From an uncultured Bacteroidales bacterium (GTDB lineage: Bacteria > Bacteroidota > Bacteroidia > Bacteroidales > Paludibacteraceae): a stretch of DNA of 64,000 nucleotides. The stretch covers positions 11,997-75,996 of the forward strand of contig CACYHE010000003.1 in the NCBI GenBank assembly GCA_902774185.1, read 5' to 3'. The number at the start of each line of letters is the position of its first letter. Within the stretch, counting starts at the first letter, position 1. The position numbers and the translations under genes were made by a program. Shown here piece by piece: positions 29,255-36,578 of the stretch. Under the pieces are notes generated by a model, which ran no database searches, was not told where the DNA came from, and saw only the letters and a list, made by a program, of their open reading frames with translations.

Positions 29255-29283
29255 CAGTTTAACAATTTAACAACTTAACAAAA
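29250..29283 (+). repeat. TTTAACAn 8-9-mer tract x4, intergenic
   Basis: tttaacag tttaacaa tttaacaac ttaacaaaa, overlapping the stop of the 28109-29254 gene. Confidence 0.85.
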
Positions 29284-29289
29284 ATAAGT

Positions 29290-29730
29290 ATGAAAAAGTT
29301 ATTTTTTATTTTGGCAGCAGGGCTGTTTGCTCTGACTGCATGCCAAAAACAGGCAGAACAAGCACAAGTAGTGTACTCTATTGATGAGGTGTATGCACAA
29401 GCCGACTCGTTGGCAGGTGACACGATTGTTTTTCAAGGTATCTGTTCGCATCTCTGCAAACATGGTGGTCGTAAGGCTTTCCTGATGGGTAGCGACGAAA
29501 GCCACATCTTGCGCGTAGAAGGAGCTTCGGCTGGTAACTTCGCTCCGGAGTGTATCAATAACCTCGTACGTGTGCGCGGGGTCCTGCATGCAATCCAGAT
29601 TGTTCCGGAAGATTGCGAGAGCAGTGACGGACTCAAACATGGTGAAGATGACAATGGCTGCGAAACGGAGAAGAAAGCCATCCGCACCTTTTTTGCAGAA
29701 GCAGTTAGTTACGAGATCATTACTGAATAA
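29290..29730 (+). CDS. Small Cys-rich lipoprotein
   Basis: Lipobox FALTAC, CSHLCKHGG and further Cys residues. Precedes the PepSY-TM gene with a TAATG junction. Confidence 0.5.
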   Translation: MKKLFFILAAGLFALTACQKQAEQAQVVYSIDEVYAQADSLAGDTIVFQGICSHLCKHGGRKAFLMGSDESHILRVEGASAGNFAPECINNLVRVRGVLHAIQIVPEDCESSDGLKHGEDDNGCETEKKAIRTFFAEAVSYEIITE

Positions 29731-30269
29731 TGGAACGCGGCGCACAGATTCGTAAGTGGTTCAGAATCATCCACCGCGAACTCAGTTATGTGTTCGCGGG
29801 GATGCTGTTGGTCTATGCCATCAGCGGTATCGCCCTGAACCACAAAGCAACCTTTAATAGTTCTTATCGCATTGAGCGTACGGAATACCAACTGCCGGCA
29901 GAGGGTACGATTGATCAATGGTTAACCCTTTGTGGTGTGGGAGGTAAGGAGATCCAGCATTACAACCCGGATGAGAATACGCTTAAGGTCTTTCTCAAAG
30001 GAAACAGTACGCTGACAGTGGATATGACGACGCATATCGGTGTGCTGGAGCAAGTCAAGAAACGCCCTATCTTGGGAAACCTTAGTAAATTGCATTATAA
30101 CATGCAGGGAAAAGCATGGACGTGGTTCTCGGATATCTTTGCGATTGCACTTGTCCTGATCGTGCTCTCCGGTTTGTTTATGCTTAAAGGTAAACATGGT
30201 CTATGGGGCATTGGCGGCATCGAACTGGCTGTCGGTATCTTGATTCCGTTGCTCTTTATCCTCTTATAA
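29730..30269 (+). CDS. PepSY-associated TM-helix protein (putative reductase/uptake accessory)
   Basis: Several TM segments (VFAGMLLVYAISGIAL, FAIALVLIVLSGLFML, IELAVGILIPLLFILL) in a TonB-receptor neighbourhood. Confidence 0.6.
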   Translation: MERGAQIRKWFRIIHRELSYVFAGMLLVYAISGIALNHKATFNSSYRIERTEYQLPAEGTIDQWLTLCGVGGKEIQHYNPDENTLKVFLKGNSTLTVDMTTHIGVLEQVKKRPILGNLSKLHYNMQGKAWTWFSDIFAIALVLIVLSGLFMLKGKHGLWGIGGIELAVGILIPLLFILL

Positions 30270-30272
30270 AAT

Positions 30273-30302
30273 AAACGACCCGTCTTTTCAGGCGGGTCGT
30301 TT
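30273..30302. terminator. Bidirectional stem-loop terminator between convergent genes
   Basis: aaacgacccg / cgggtcgttt forms a 10-bp perfect stem with A/T-rich flanks. Confidence 0.6.
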
Positions 30303-30327
30303 CGTATCAACAAAAGAGAAAAATAGT

Positions 30328-33111
30328 TTATTGAATTTTGTTTCCTCGTACATCGTACATGGTTCCTTTGTACATGATATAGAGTTGTCCGTTTTGGATA
30401 AACTTAACAGCCTTTCCGCTTTCACTCTTTACGCTCTCAATACCTTCTGTGTTGGCTATGATAGCTTCTTTCGAAATAGGAATGATGTACCAACCGTTCA
30501 TGTAATACAGGCAGATACCGCTGATCTTGGAGATATTGGCTGGCCATTCATAGCCTTCCGAAAGTACTCCGAACAGGTCACGTGACGTGATGGTCTTACC
30601 CGCCTCATCGGTGAGAATCTGGTTTTTACCGCTTGCTGTAGCGCTTACATTCTCAATGGTAATAAGTCGTGCGTAGTTGGCTTGTACGCATGCTTCAGCA
30701 ATCGTCATTGTGGTCGGTGTAAGTTCTGTCTCCGTTGCGGTAACACCTGCAGCATCTAAAACGGTCAGCATAGGCTCAACAGCTTCTGCCGGATCGTTCA
30801 CATAATCCACCTCATTCGTGCTCTTGGTGCCGATAATCACACCGTTAAGAGCAGTACCTACAGTCAGTTCAATGCCGGAAATAACGGTAGCAGCCGTCGC
30901 GTCTTCTACATAATATACCTTCTGCAAATCTGCATAGGCAGTCACCTTCGCGTCTGTCAACGTCAACTTAACCGCCTTGTTATCCGCTATGGCATTGAAT
31001 GCTGCGATATTGTTCACTTCTACAATATCCTCAATGATGGTCTTAAAGTAGTCGCCAATCCACGGTGTGTTTTGATAGGCTTCTTTCGTCCCGTAAGGAA
31101 CAACGACCACAGCTAAGGTATCCGTGTTATTGGCGTGGGTTGTACTGATCTGCCACGGGTTCTGGGTCCAGGTAGCCGTCTCTTTGGTAGCGATGCTCGG
31201 CGGAACCGTTCCCTTGAATACGATCGTATCCAATTGCGGTAAAGCAAATGCCATTACACACAAGGAATCAATCGATGCAGGCAAAACCAGCTTCTTCAAG
31301 GTCATCGGAGAAGCAGCGGCTGCATTGTGAATACAGGTCGCAGGAATCATTTTAATACCTTCCGGTAACTCCAACTCTTGAACGTTCACGGCACCTTGGA
31401 AAGCCTGCATACCCAGTTCCTTCACTTGGCTGCCTTCTGCAAACGTAATCGTCTTGGCTGTCGTGTTACGCAGTGCGCCTTGACCCAAAGCAACTACCGG
31501 ATATTCACGGTTCTCCTGACGTACAGAAACCGGAATAAAGATGTCTTCTATCTCGTACTTGAACGTTGTGTTCAAGCGAATCAACGTAGCGGTTCTTGTG
31601 ACGTTGTTCAGTTCATAATACAGACCATCTACTTGAATAGTGTCTTTTTCAGGCAGTACAGCGTTATCATTCAATACTGCAAAAATGCTATACCAGTTCG
31701 TGATGGCATAGTCCGTCGCTTTGAACTCTTCGTCGAACATCTGATAGTCCGATGTCGTGCGGGCACGCAGACCGACAGCCGTATGGTCTCCCGCTGCACA
31801 ACGACCTACTACGGAAACGGTTGACTGACCGCCACCCTGACCGATCGTATCGGCGCTGGTAAGATTCATCTGTGCGTCATAGTGGAAAATCTGTTGAATA
31901 CCATTCAGCGTCTCATGGTTATAAGCAACATAACCGTCTTTAGTGGGATATGCCGCTACCGTGATATTGAGTGCATTATTGGCTGCAGCATGAACATCAA
32001 AATCAAGTACTTTGCCGTCTGCTTGATTGATGATATACACTAATCCGTGGTTATAATTACCATTCGTTGCGATCGTTTTCTCGCCTACGGTTATGCTACC
32101 TTTAGCAAGTGCACCGCAAACGAAGATTTTACCGTCCTCAAACTTAGTTTGCTGGAACTGAAGCGAACCTGCAATCGGATGATATTCGATAAACTCACGC
32201 TCTAAATTAGTGGTATAGCAAGCCGCATAGATACCGCTCTCGTTTTCCTTGCCGTATGTTCCGGCGATATACAACTTACCGTTCTCATAGTGCATACCCA
32301 ATGGACGGTCATAAGCCAACTCATCGTTGTTGATCACATTGCCTGTATATACAAGGTCTTGTGTGGCTTTGTTTACTTGATACTTAAGAATAATGGTGTT
32401 GCAATTACTGCTTAGACTTCCCTTGGTGTTCCATGCTTTTCGTGGCGCAATAGAGTCATTCCATGTCGGCAATAAAGTGTCTCCTTGAAGACCTGCGATA
32501 TAGACAAAACCATCTTTATCTTCTGCCGCGCCTGCCCATGAAAACGCTTCTTTACGGAATACTTTCTTACCATCAACTTCAATAGAATCATAATTGGTGA
32601 AGGACATGTTGTTGCTGGCAACTAACTGACCATCTTTGTCATATACATTGATAAATCCCATGTACACCGCCTTGCGCGTACGGAACTTGTCTGCGTAAAT
32701 GACACCGCCGTCTTCTGTAATAGTCATAGCCGAATTGGACAGATCATAGTCACCCGTCGTATCCGCTTTCGCCCACAACAGATTGCCCTCTGCATCCAAC
32801 TTGGCAAGGAAGGAATTACGCATGTTCGTGTACTTGAAATCGCCCGGTTTACTGCCCCATTTGGCGGCAGTAGCTCCTTTGTACGTCTTGCCGTCAAAAT
32901 GCAAACCTGCTTCTTCGGCACTTGTCGTTTGATAACTGCTTAGCAGGTACAAACTGCCATCTGCGGCATACTCCAGATTGTACAGTTGCGTCGTTCCTTT
33001 GCTTGCATCCGCCTGCTCGTCCACAAGCGTCTTGTAGTAATCCAGTTCAACGGCTTGTGCCATCAAACTCAGCCCTAAGGCTGCCAAAAAGAAAATCTTC
33101 TTCATACGCAT
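30328..33111 (-). CDS. Secreted BspA-type leucine-rich repeat (LRR_5) protein with beta-propeller-like N-half and C-terminal sorting-like motif
   Basis: Signal peptide MRMKKIFFLAALGLSLMAQA. LRR_5-like block (ITFAEGSQVKELGMQAFQG...LELPEGIKMIP...LVLPASIDSL). The C-terminus is KFIQNGQLYIMYKGTMYDVRGNKIQ. Confidence 0.75.
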   Translation of the reverse strand: MRMKKIFFLAALGLSLMAQAVELDYYKTLVDEQADASKGTTQLYNLEYAADGSLYLLSSYQTTSAEEAGLHFDGKTYKGATAAKWGSKPGDFKYTNMRNSFLAKLDAEGNLLWAKADTTGDYDLSNSAMTITEDGGVIYADKFRTRKAVYMGFINVYDKDGQLVASNNMSFTNYDSIEVDGKKVFRKEAFSWAGAAEDKDGFVYIAGLQGDTLLPTWNDSIAPRKAWNTKGSLSSNCNTIILKYQVNKATQDLVYTGNVINNDELAYDRPLGMHYENGKLYIAGTYGKENESGIYAACYTTNLEREFIEYHPIAGSLQFQQTKFEDGKIFVCGALAKGSITVGEKTIATNGNYNHGLVYIINQADGKVLDFDVHAAANNALNITVAAYPTKDGYVAYNHETLNGIQQIFHYDAQMNLTSADTIGQGGGQSTVSVVGRCAAGDHTAVGLRARTTSDYQMFDEEFKATDYAITNWYSIFAVLNDNAVLPEKDTIQVDGLYYELNNVTRTATLIRLNTTFKYEIEDIFIPVSVRQENREYPVVALGQGALRNTTAKTITFAEGSQVKELGMQAFQGAVNVQELELPEGIKMIPATCIHNAAAASPMTLKKLVLPASIDSLCVMAFALPQLDTIVFKGTVPPSIATKETATWTQNPWQISTTHANNTDTLAVVVVPYGTKEAYQNTPWIGDYFKTIIEDIVEVNNIAAFNAIADNKAVKLTLTDAKVTAYADLQKVYYVEDATAATVISGIELTVGTALNGVIIGTKSTNEVDYVNDPAEAVEPMLTVLDAAGVTATETELTPTTMTIAEACVQANYARLITIENVSATASGKNQILTDEAGKTITSRDLFGVLSEGYEWPANISKISGICLYYMNGWYIIPISKEAIIANTEGIESVKSESGKAVKFIQNGQLYIMYKGTMYDVRGNKIQ

Positions 33112-33133
33112 ATATTATTTAAATGTAATTAAG

Positions 33134-33164
33134 TCTGTACTCTGTATTCTGTACTCTGTATTCT
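33134..33164. repeat. TCTGTAC/TCTGTAT heptamer tract x4, intergenic (5' leader side of the LRR gene)
   Basis: Same family as 15783-15813. Confidence 0.9.
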
Positions 33165-33174
33165 TTCAAAATCC

Positions 33175-33194
33175 GCTGCAAAATTACTGCTTTT
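33175..33194 (-). promoter_or_regulatory. Promoter (-7 box, reverse complement TAATTTTG) for the LRR gene
   Basis: gctgcaaaattactgctttt is the exact reverse complement of the tmRNA promoter core at 33256-33275. Confidence 0.6.
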
Positions 33195-33237
33195 CTCCGA
33201 CGTGCGCAATACCTAAATTTAGTGATTTTTCATTTTT

Positions 33238-33276
33238 TTCTTGCATATTCCAAAAAAAAGCAGTAATTTTGCAGCC
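33238..33276 (+). promoter_or_regulatory. Promoter of tmRNA/tRNA-Ala
   Basis: cttgcatattccaaaaaaaagcagTAATTTTGcagcc, with the -7 box at 33264-33271, about 12 nt before the tmRNA 5' end. Confidence 0.75.
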
Positions 33277-33282
33277 GATTTT

Positions 33283-33696
33283 GGGGCTATCTGGTTTTGA
33301 CAGCAGGTAGAATGGTTGTGTAAGCACGCCGAGCAATGAGGCAACGCTCGTTAATCTCGCTTCAAAATATAACTGGCGAAAGAACTTATGCTCTCGCTGC
33401 TTGATCGAAGTATAGTAGATCGGCGTATTTGGGCGCAAGGCGCCTGAACGGGACGTCACTCCAAGCCGAGTCTGTGGGCTGAATGGATATAGTGGCGCAG
33501 GAATTCACAGAATAGGTCTCTTTGGCTGCGCAAAGAAACTGATGGCTGAAAGCTGAATGCTGACAGCTCCAATAGCAGATAAGTCGGCAGTTGGTGGCTT
33601 GGGTCTTGCTGCCGAACGAAAATAAAGGCCAAGATAAGCGTGTAGAAAGCATAAGTATTCCTTGTTTGGACACGGGTTCGACTCCCGTTAGCTCCA
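33283..33696 (+). ncRNA. ssrA: tmRNA (SsrA)
   Basis: 5' GGGGCUA pairs with 3' UAGCUCC plus discriminator A (G3:U70). T-arm is ACGGGTTCGACTCCCGT. Tag ORF at 33375-33404 encodes GERTYALAA then stop. Confidence 0.92.
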
Positions 33697-33697
33697 C

Positions 33698-33770
33698 GGG
33701 GCACTAGCTCATCTGGTAGAGCGTAACGTTCGCAATGTTAAGGTAAGGGGTTCGAGTCCCCTGTGCTCCA
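33698..33770 (+). tRNA. tRNA-Ala (anticodon CGC)
   Basis: 73-nt cloverleaf read by hand. Acceptor GGGGCAC/GTGCTCC with G3:U70, anticodon loop TTCGCAA and T-loop TTCGAGT. It starts 1 nt after the tmRNA discriminator. Confidence 0.9.
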
Positions 33771-33771
33771 C

Positions 33772-33917
33772 ATCAAACGATTTCAAACAATATCAAACGA
33801 AATCAAACAATATCAAACGATTTCAAACAATATCAAACGAAATCAAACAATATCAAACGATTTCAAACAAAACAATATCAAACGATTTCAAACAATATCA
33901 AACGAAATCAAACAATA
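33772..33917. repeat. 14-unit tandem array of 10-nt TCAAACnnnn repeats (40-nt higher-order unit)
   Basis: tcaaacgatt tcaaacaata tcaaacgaaa tcaaacaata is repeated about 3.5 times with one 5-nt insertion. The array fills the whole tRNA-Ala to 33924 spacer. Confidence 0.95.
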
Positions 33918-33923
33918 CATAGG

Positions 33924-35054
33924 ATGGCAGTAGAAATTCGAGAGATTCATACCGGAAGGGAAATCAAACAGTTCATTGAGTTCGCCAATGATCTATACAA
34001 GGGGAATGCATACTATTGTCCTCCTTTGTTCTTTGACGAGATGAACTGCTTCAATCCCAAAAAGAACCCGGCGCTTGAGGTGTGCGATTTCAAGATGTGG
34101 ATGGCATATCGGGACGGCAAGATCGTCGGTCGTGTCGCCGGCATCATCAATCGTCTTGCCAATGAGCACTGGAATGTGAAGAAAGTGCGTTTCGGTTGGT
34201 TCGATTTTATCGATGATATGGAGGTCAGTCATGCCCTGCTGGATACCGTTGCCGCATGGGGCAAGGAGCAAGGAATGGATGAACTGAACGGTCCCGTCGG
34301 CTTCACCGACTTCGATCATGAAGGACTGCTGCTGGAGGGATATGAGTATCGTGCGCCGATGGCTTCTCTCTATAACTATCCGTACTACGTTAAGCATGTG
34401 GATGCCTACGGTTTGACCAAAGAGGCGGATTGGATTGAGATGAAGATCAATCCGGGGGATACGTGTCCGGAGAAAGTGAATCGCGTGGCGGAGATTGTCA
34501 AACAGCGTTCACACGTGCGCGTGGTCAAAGTAAAGAACGTGCGCGAACTCAAACGTCGCTACGGTATGCAGTATATGGATGTTATCGACTCGGCCTACCA
34601 GAAGTTGTATAACTTCCAACCCATGACCCGGCGTCAGAAAGAGTACTATCGCGATATGTACCTGCCGCTGCTGAACTTCGATTTTGTGACGATTGTTGAG
34701 AATGAAGCACACGAAGTGGTTGGCGTCGCATTAGGTATGCCGGATATCTCGGAGGCTTTGCAGAAATGTGGAGGACACCTCTTCCCCTTCGGTTGGTATT
34801 ACCTGCTTAAGGCGCTGAAGTCGAAGAAGGTCAAAGCGTTTAACTTCCTGCTGATAGCGGTTCGTCCGGATTACCAGAATAAGGGTGTCGACACCCTCTT
34901 CTATCAGGACCTTATCCCTATCTTCGGACGCTATCATCTGTCGGGTTTGGATACCACGGCGATGTTGGAGAAGAATAACAAGATCTTGGATTTCTTCAGC
35001 CGCATCGACCACGTGCAGCATAAACGCCGCCGTGCATACATGAAGGCGATTTAA
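33924..35054 (+). CDS. GNAT-like acyl-CoA N-acyltransferase family protein (tentative)
   Basis: 376 aa. LLIAVRPDYQNKGVDTLF resembles GNAT motif A (Q/RxxGxG/A). No canonical promoter was seen between the repeat array and the ATG. Confidence 0.45.
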   Translation: MAVEIREIHTGREIKQFIEFANDLYKGNAYYCPPLFFDEMNCFNPKKNPALEVCDFKMWMAYRDGKIVGRVAGIINRLANEHWNVKKVRFGWFDFIDDMEVSHALLDTVAAWGKEQGMDELNGPVGFTDFDHEGLLLEGYEYRAPMASLYNYPYYVKHVDAYGLTKEADWIEMKINPGDTCPEKVNRVAEIVKQRSHVRVVKVKNVRELKRRYGMQYMDVIDSAYQKLYNFQPMTRRQKEYYRDMYLPLLNFDFVTIVENEAHEVVGVALGMPDISEALQKCGGHLFPFGWYYLLKALKSKKVKAFNFLLIAVRPDYQNKGVDTLFYQDLIPIFGRYHLSGLDTTAMLEKNNKILDFFSRIDHVQHKRRRAYMKAI

Positions 35055-35059
35055 TCGTT

Positions 35060-35527
35060 GTGAAAGGAGAAAAAGCATATAAGGCAGCACTCAAGCGACT
35101 GAGCACCTACGTGCATGAGCATAATATGAGACCGTCCATGGTCCGTAATATGGTCCTGCATCAGGTCTGCCAACTGCCACAACCTTTCACTGCCGAACAA
35201 CTGACAAAAGTATGCCAAGAGGAACGAATTTCGGTAGGTACGGTGTATAATTCGCTCAACCTGTTCGTTCTGGCACACATTTTGCACGCTACCAGCAGGC
35301 AAAGAGGTCAAGCGGCTACTGAATACGAACTGACAACGACCAACACGATACGCATGCAGGTCGTTTGCCAGAACTGCGGACGAGTGACGGAGTTTCATGA
35401 TGTGGCGATTGAACGACTTGTTACGGAACGCAAATACTCGAATTTTAATGTGCAGCATATGTCCCTGTTCGTTTATGGCGAATGTAAGATATGCCGCAGA
35501 AAGATAAAGAAAACAACAGAAGCATGA
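35060..35527 (+). CDS. Fur-family metalloregulator
   Basis: wHTH-like N-half and CQNCGRVTEF...CKICR (two CxxC pairs). GTG start at 35060. Confidence 0.75.
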   Translation: MKGEKAYKAALKRLSTYVHEHNMRPSMVRNMVLHQVCQLPQPFTAEQLTKVCQEERISVGTVYNSLNLFVLAHILHATSRQRGQAATEYELTTTNTIRMQVVCQNCGRVTEFHDVAIERLVTERKYSNFNVQHMSLFVYGECKICRRKIKKTTEA

Positions 35528-36213
35528 TTGCAGGAACAACCTTATATTGGATCTTATTCATCGGTATCGCCCTCATCAGTTGGGCGGTGTCGGCTTCGTT
35601 GGAGCGTAAGTTTAAGAAATATGCCAAGGAACCCCTGCGCATGACCGGCAAAGAGGTGGCGGAGAAGATGTTGCGCGATAACGGGATCTACGATGTGCAG
35701 ATTACTTGTATCCAGGGACAATTGACCGACCACTATAATCCTGCTACGAAAACTGTCAATCTGTCAGAGAGTGTCTATCAGGGCGCTAATGTGGCTGCTG
35801 CTGCGGTGGCTGCACACGAATGCGGACATGCTTTGCAGCATGATCAGGCATACGCACCGCTTAAGATGCGCTCGGCATTGGTGCCCGTCGTGTCGTTCGC
35901 TGGACAATGGATGACCTGGATCCTGCTCATTGGTATGTTAACGATCAATACCTTCCCGCAACTCATGCTCATCGGTATCGGTCTGTTTGCCATGACTACC
36001 TTGTTCTCCTTCATCACCCTTCCGGTCGAGGTGAACGCCAGTCAACGGGCAGTAAACTGGTTACGTGAAGCAGGTATCACCGATAATCAAACAACCGAAA
36101 TGGCATCCGATGCCCTACACAGCGCCGCTTATACCTATGTCGTCGCAGCTCTCAGCTCCCTTGCCACCTTGGTTTATTATATTTTGATCTTTGTAGGAGG
36201 AAGTAGAAAGTAA
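35524..36213 (+). CDS. Membrane zinc metallopeptidase (YugP / Zn_peptidase_2-like)
   Basis: ATGA overlap with the Fur-family gene, an N-terminal TM, HECGHALQH (HExxH) and C-terminal TM segments. Confidence 0.8.
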   Translation: MIAGTTLYWILFIGIALISWAVSASLERKFKKYAKEPLRMTGKEVAEKMLRDNGIYDVQITCIQGQLTDHYNPATKTVNLSESVYQGANVAAAAVAAHECGHALQHDQAYAPLKMRSALVPVVSFAGQWMTWILLIGMLTINTFPQLMLIGIGLFAMTTLFSFITLPVEVNASQRAVNWLREAGITDNQTTEMASDALHSAAYTYVVAALSSLATLVYYILIFVGGSRK

Positions 36214-36215
36214 AA

Positions 36216-36245
36216 AATCGTCCAATCGTCAATCGTCTAATCGTC
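36216..36245 (+). repeat. AATCGTC(C/T) tract x4, intergenic, immediately upstream of tRNA-Arg
   Basis: Same family as the in-frame tracts at 11352, 12983 and 19956. Confidence 0.9.
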
Positions 36246-36254
36246 ATTTTTTTT

Positions 36255-36328
36255 GGCCCCGTAGCTCAATTGAATAGAGTGTCAGATTCCGGTTCTGAAG
36301 GTTCTGGGTTTGAGCCCCAGCGGGGTCA
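36255..36328 (+). tRNA. tRNA-Arg (anticodon CCG) with unusual D-loop/T-loop pair
   Basis: 74-nt cloverleaf with acceptor GGCCCCG/CGGGGTC and anticodon loop TTCCGGT. D-loop AATTGAATA has A at position 19 and T-loop TTTGAGC has T at position 56. Confidence 0.85.
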
Positions 36329-36391
36329 CAAAGCGGAAGCTCGCGCCGTTGGCGCAAATTAGTTTATTTAGCCAGCGGGGTCACAAAGCGG
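36317..36391 (+). repeat. 20-bp direct repeat of the tRNA-Arg 3' end (ccagcggggtcacaaagcgg at 36317-36336 and 36372-36391)
   Basis: Exact duplication read directly. The first copy includes the last 12 nt of the tRNA. Confidence 0.9.
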
Positions 36392-36420
36392 GCAACCATC
36401 TCGGTTGCTCGCTTTTTTTT
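36388..36420 (+). terminator. Rho-independent terminator after tRNA-Arg
   Basis: gcgggcaacc / ggttgctcgc forms a 10-bp stem (one G:U) with loop atctc, followed by T8. Confidence 0.8.
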
Positions 36421-36421
36421 A

Positions 36422-36448
36422 CCCCAAACACCCCAAAATCCCCAAATT
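36422..36448 (+). repeat. CCCCAAAnn 9-mer tract x3, intergenic
   Basis: ccccaaaca ccccaaaat ccccaaatt, directly after the tRNA-Arg terminator. Confidence 0.8.
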
Positions 36449-36510
36449 TTAAGAAAAAGTACAAATTATTTTGCATATTCCAACTATTTTTTGTAACTTT
36501 GCAGCCGAAA
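36447..36510 (+). promoter_or_regulatory. Promoter cassette of the nine-gene operon (near-duplicate of 55988-56050)
   Basis: ttttaagaaaaagtacaaattattttgcatattccaactattttttgTAACTTTGcagccgaaa, with the -7 box at 36494-36501. Confidence 0.7.
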
Positions 36511-36578
36511 TTATTATGCCTACGCGCGAGGCAAAAAAATAACCAACTAAATTGCTATAACATTAAATTCGATATACA

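Noticed and set aside
33175-33275. Perfect 20-bp inverted repeat (gctgcaaaattactgctttt / aaaagcagtaattttgcagc) as a possible invertible promoter switch
   Set aside because: Each arm is itself a complete outward-facing promoter core, for the LRR gene and for tmRNA. No recombinase lies nearby. Divergent duplicated promoters are the simpler reading.
33184-33704. Three minus-strand ORFs (91, 103 and 82 aa) in the ORF track
   Set aside because: They lie entirely antisense to the tmRNA gene and its promoter. tmRNA explains the region, and the ORFs show no coding features.
33772-33917. Possible CRISPR array
   Set aside because: The units are 10 nt and contiguous with no unique spacers, and there are no cas genes. 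It is a simple tandem array.
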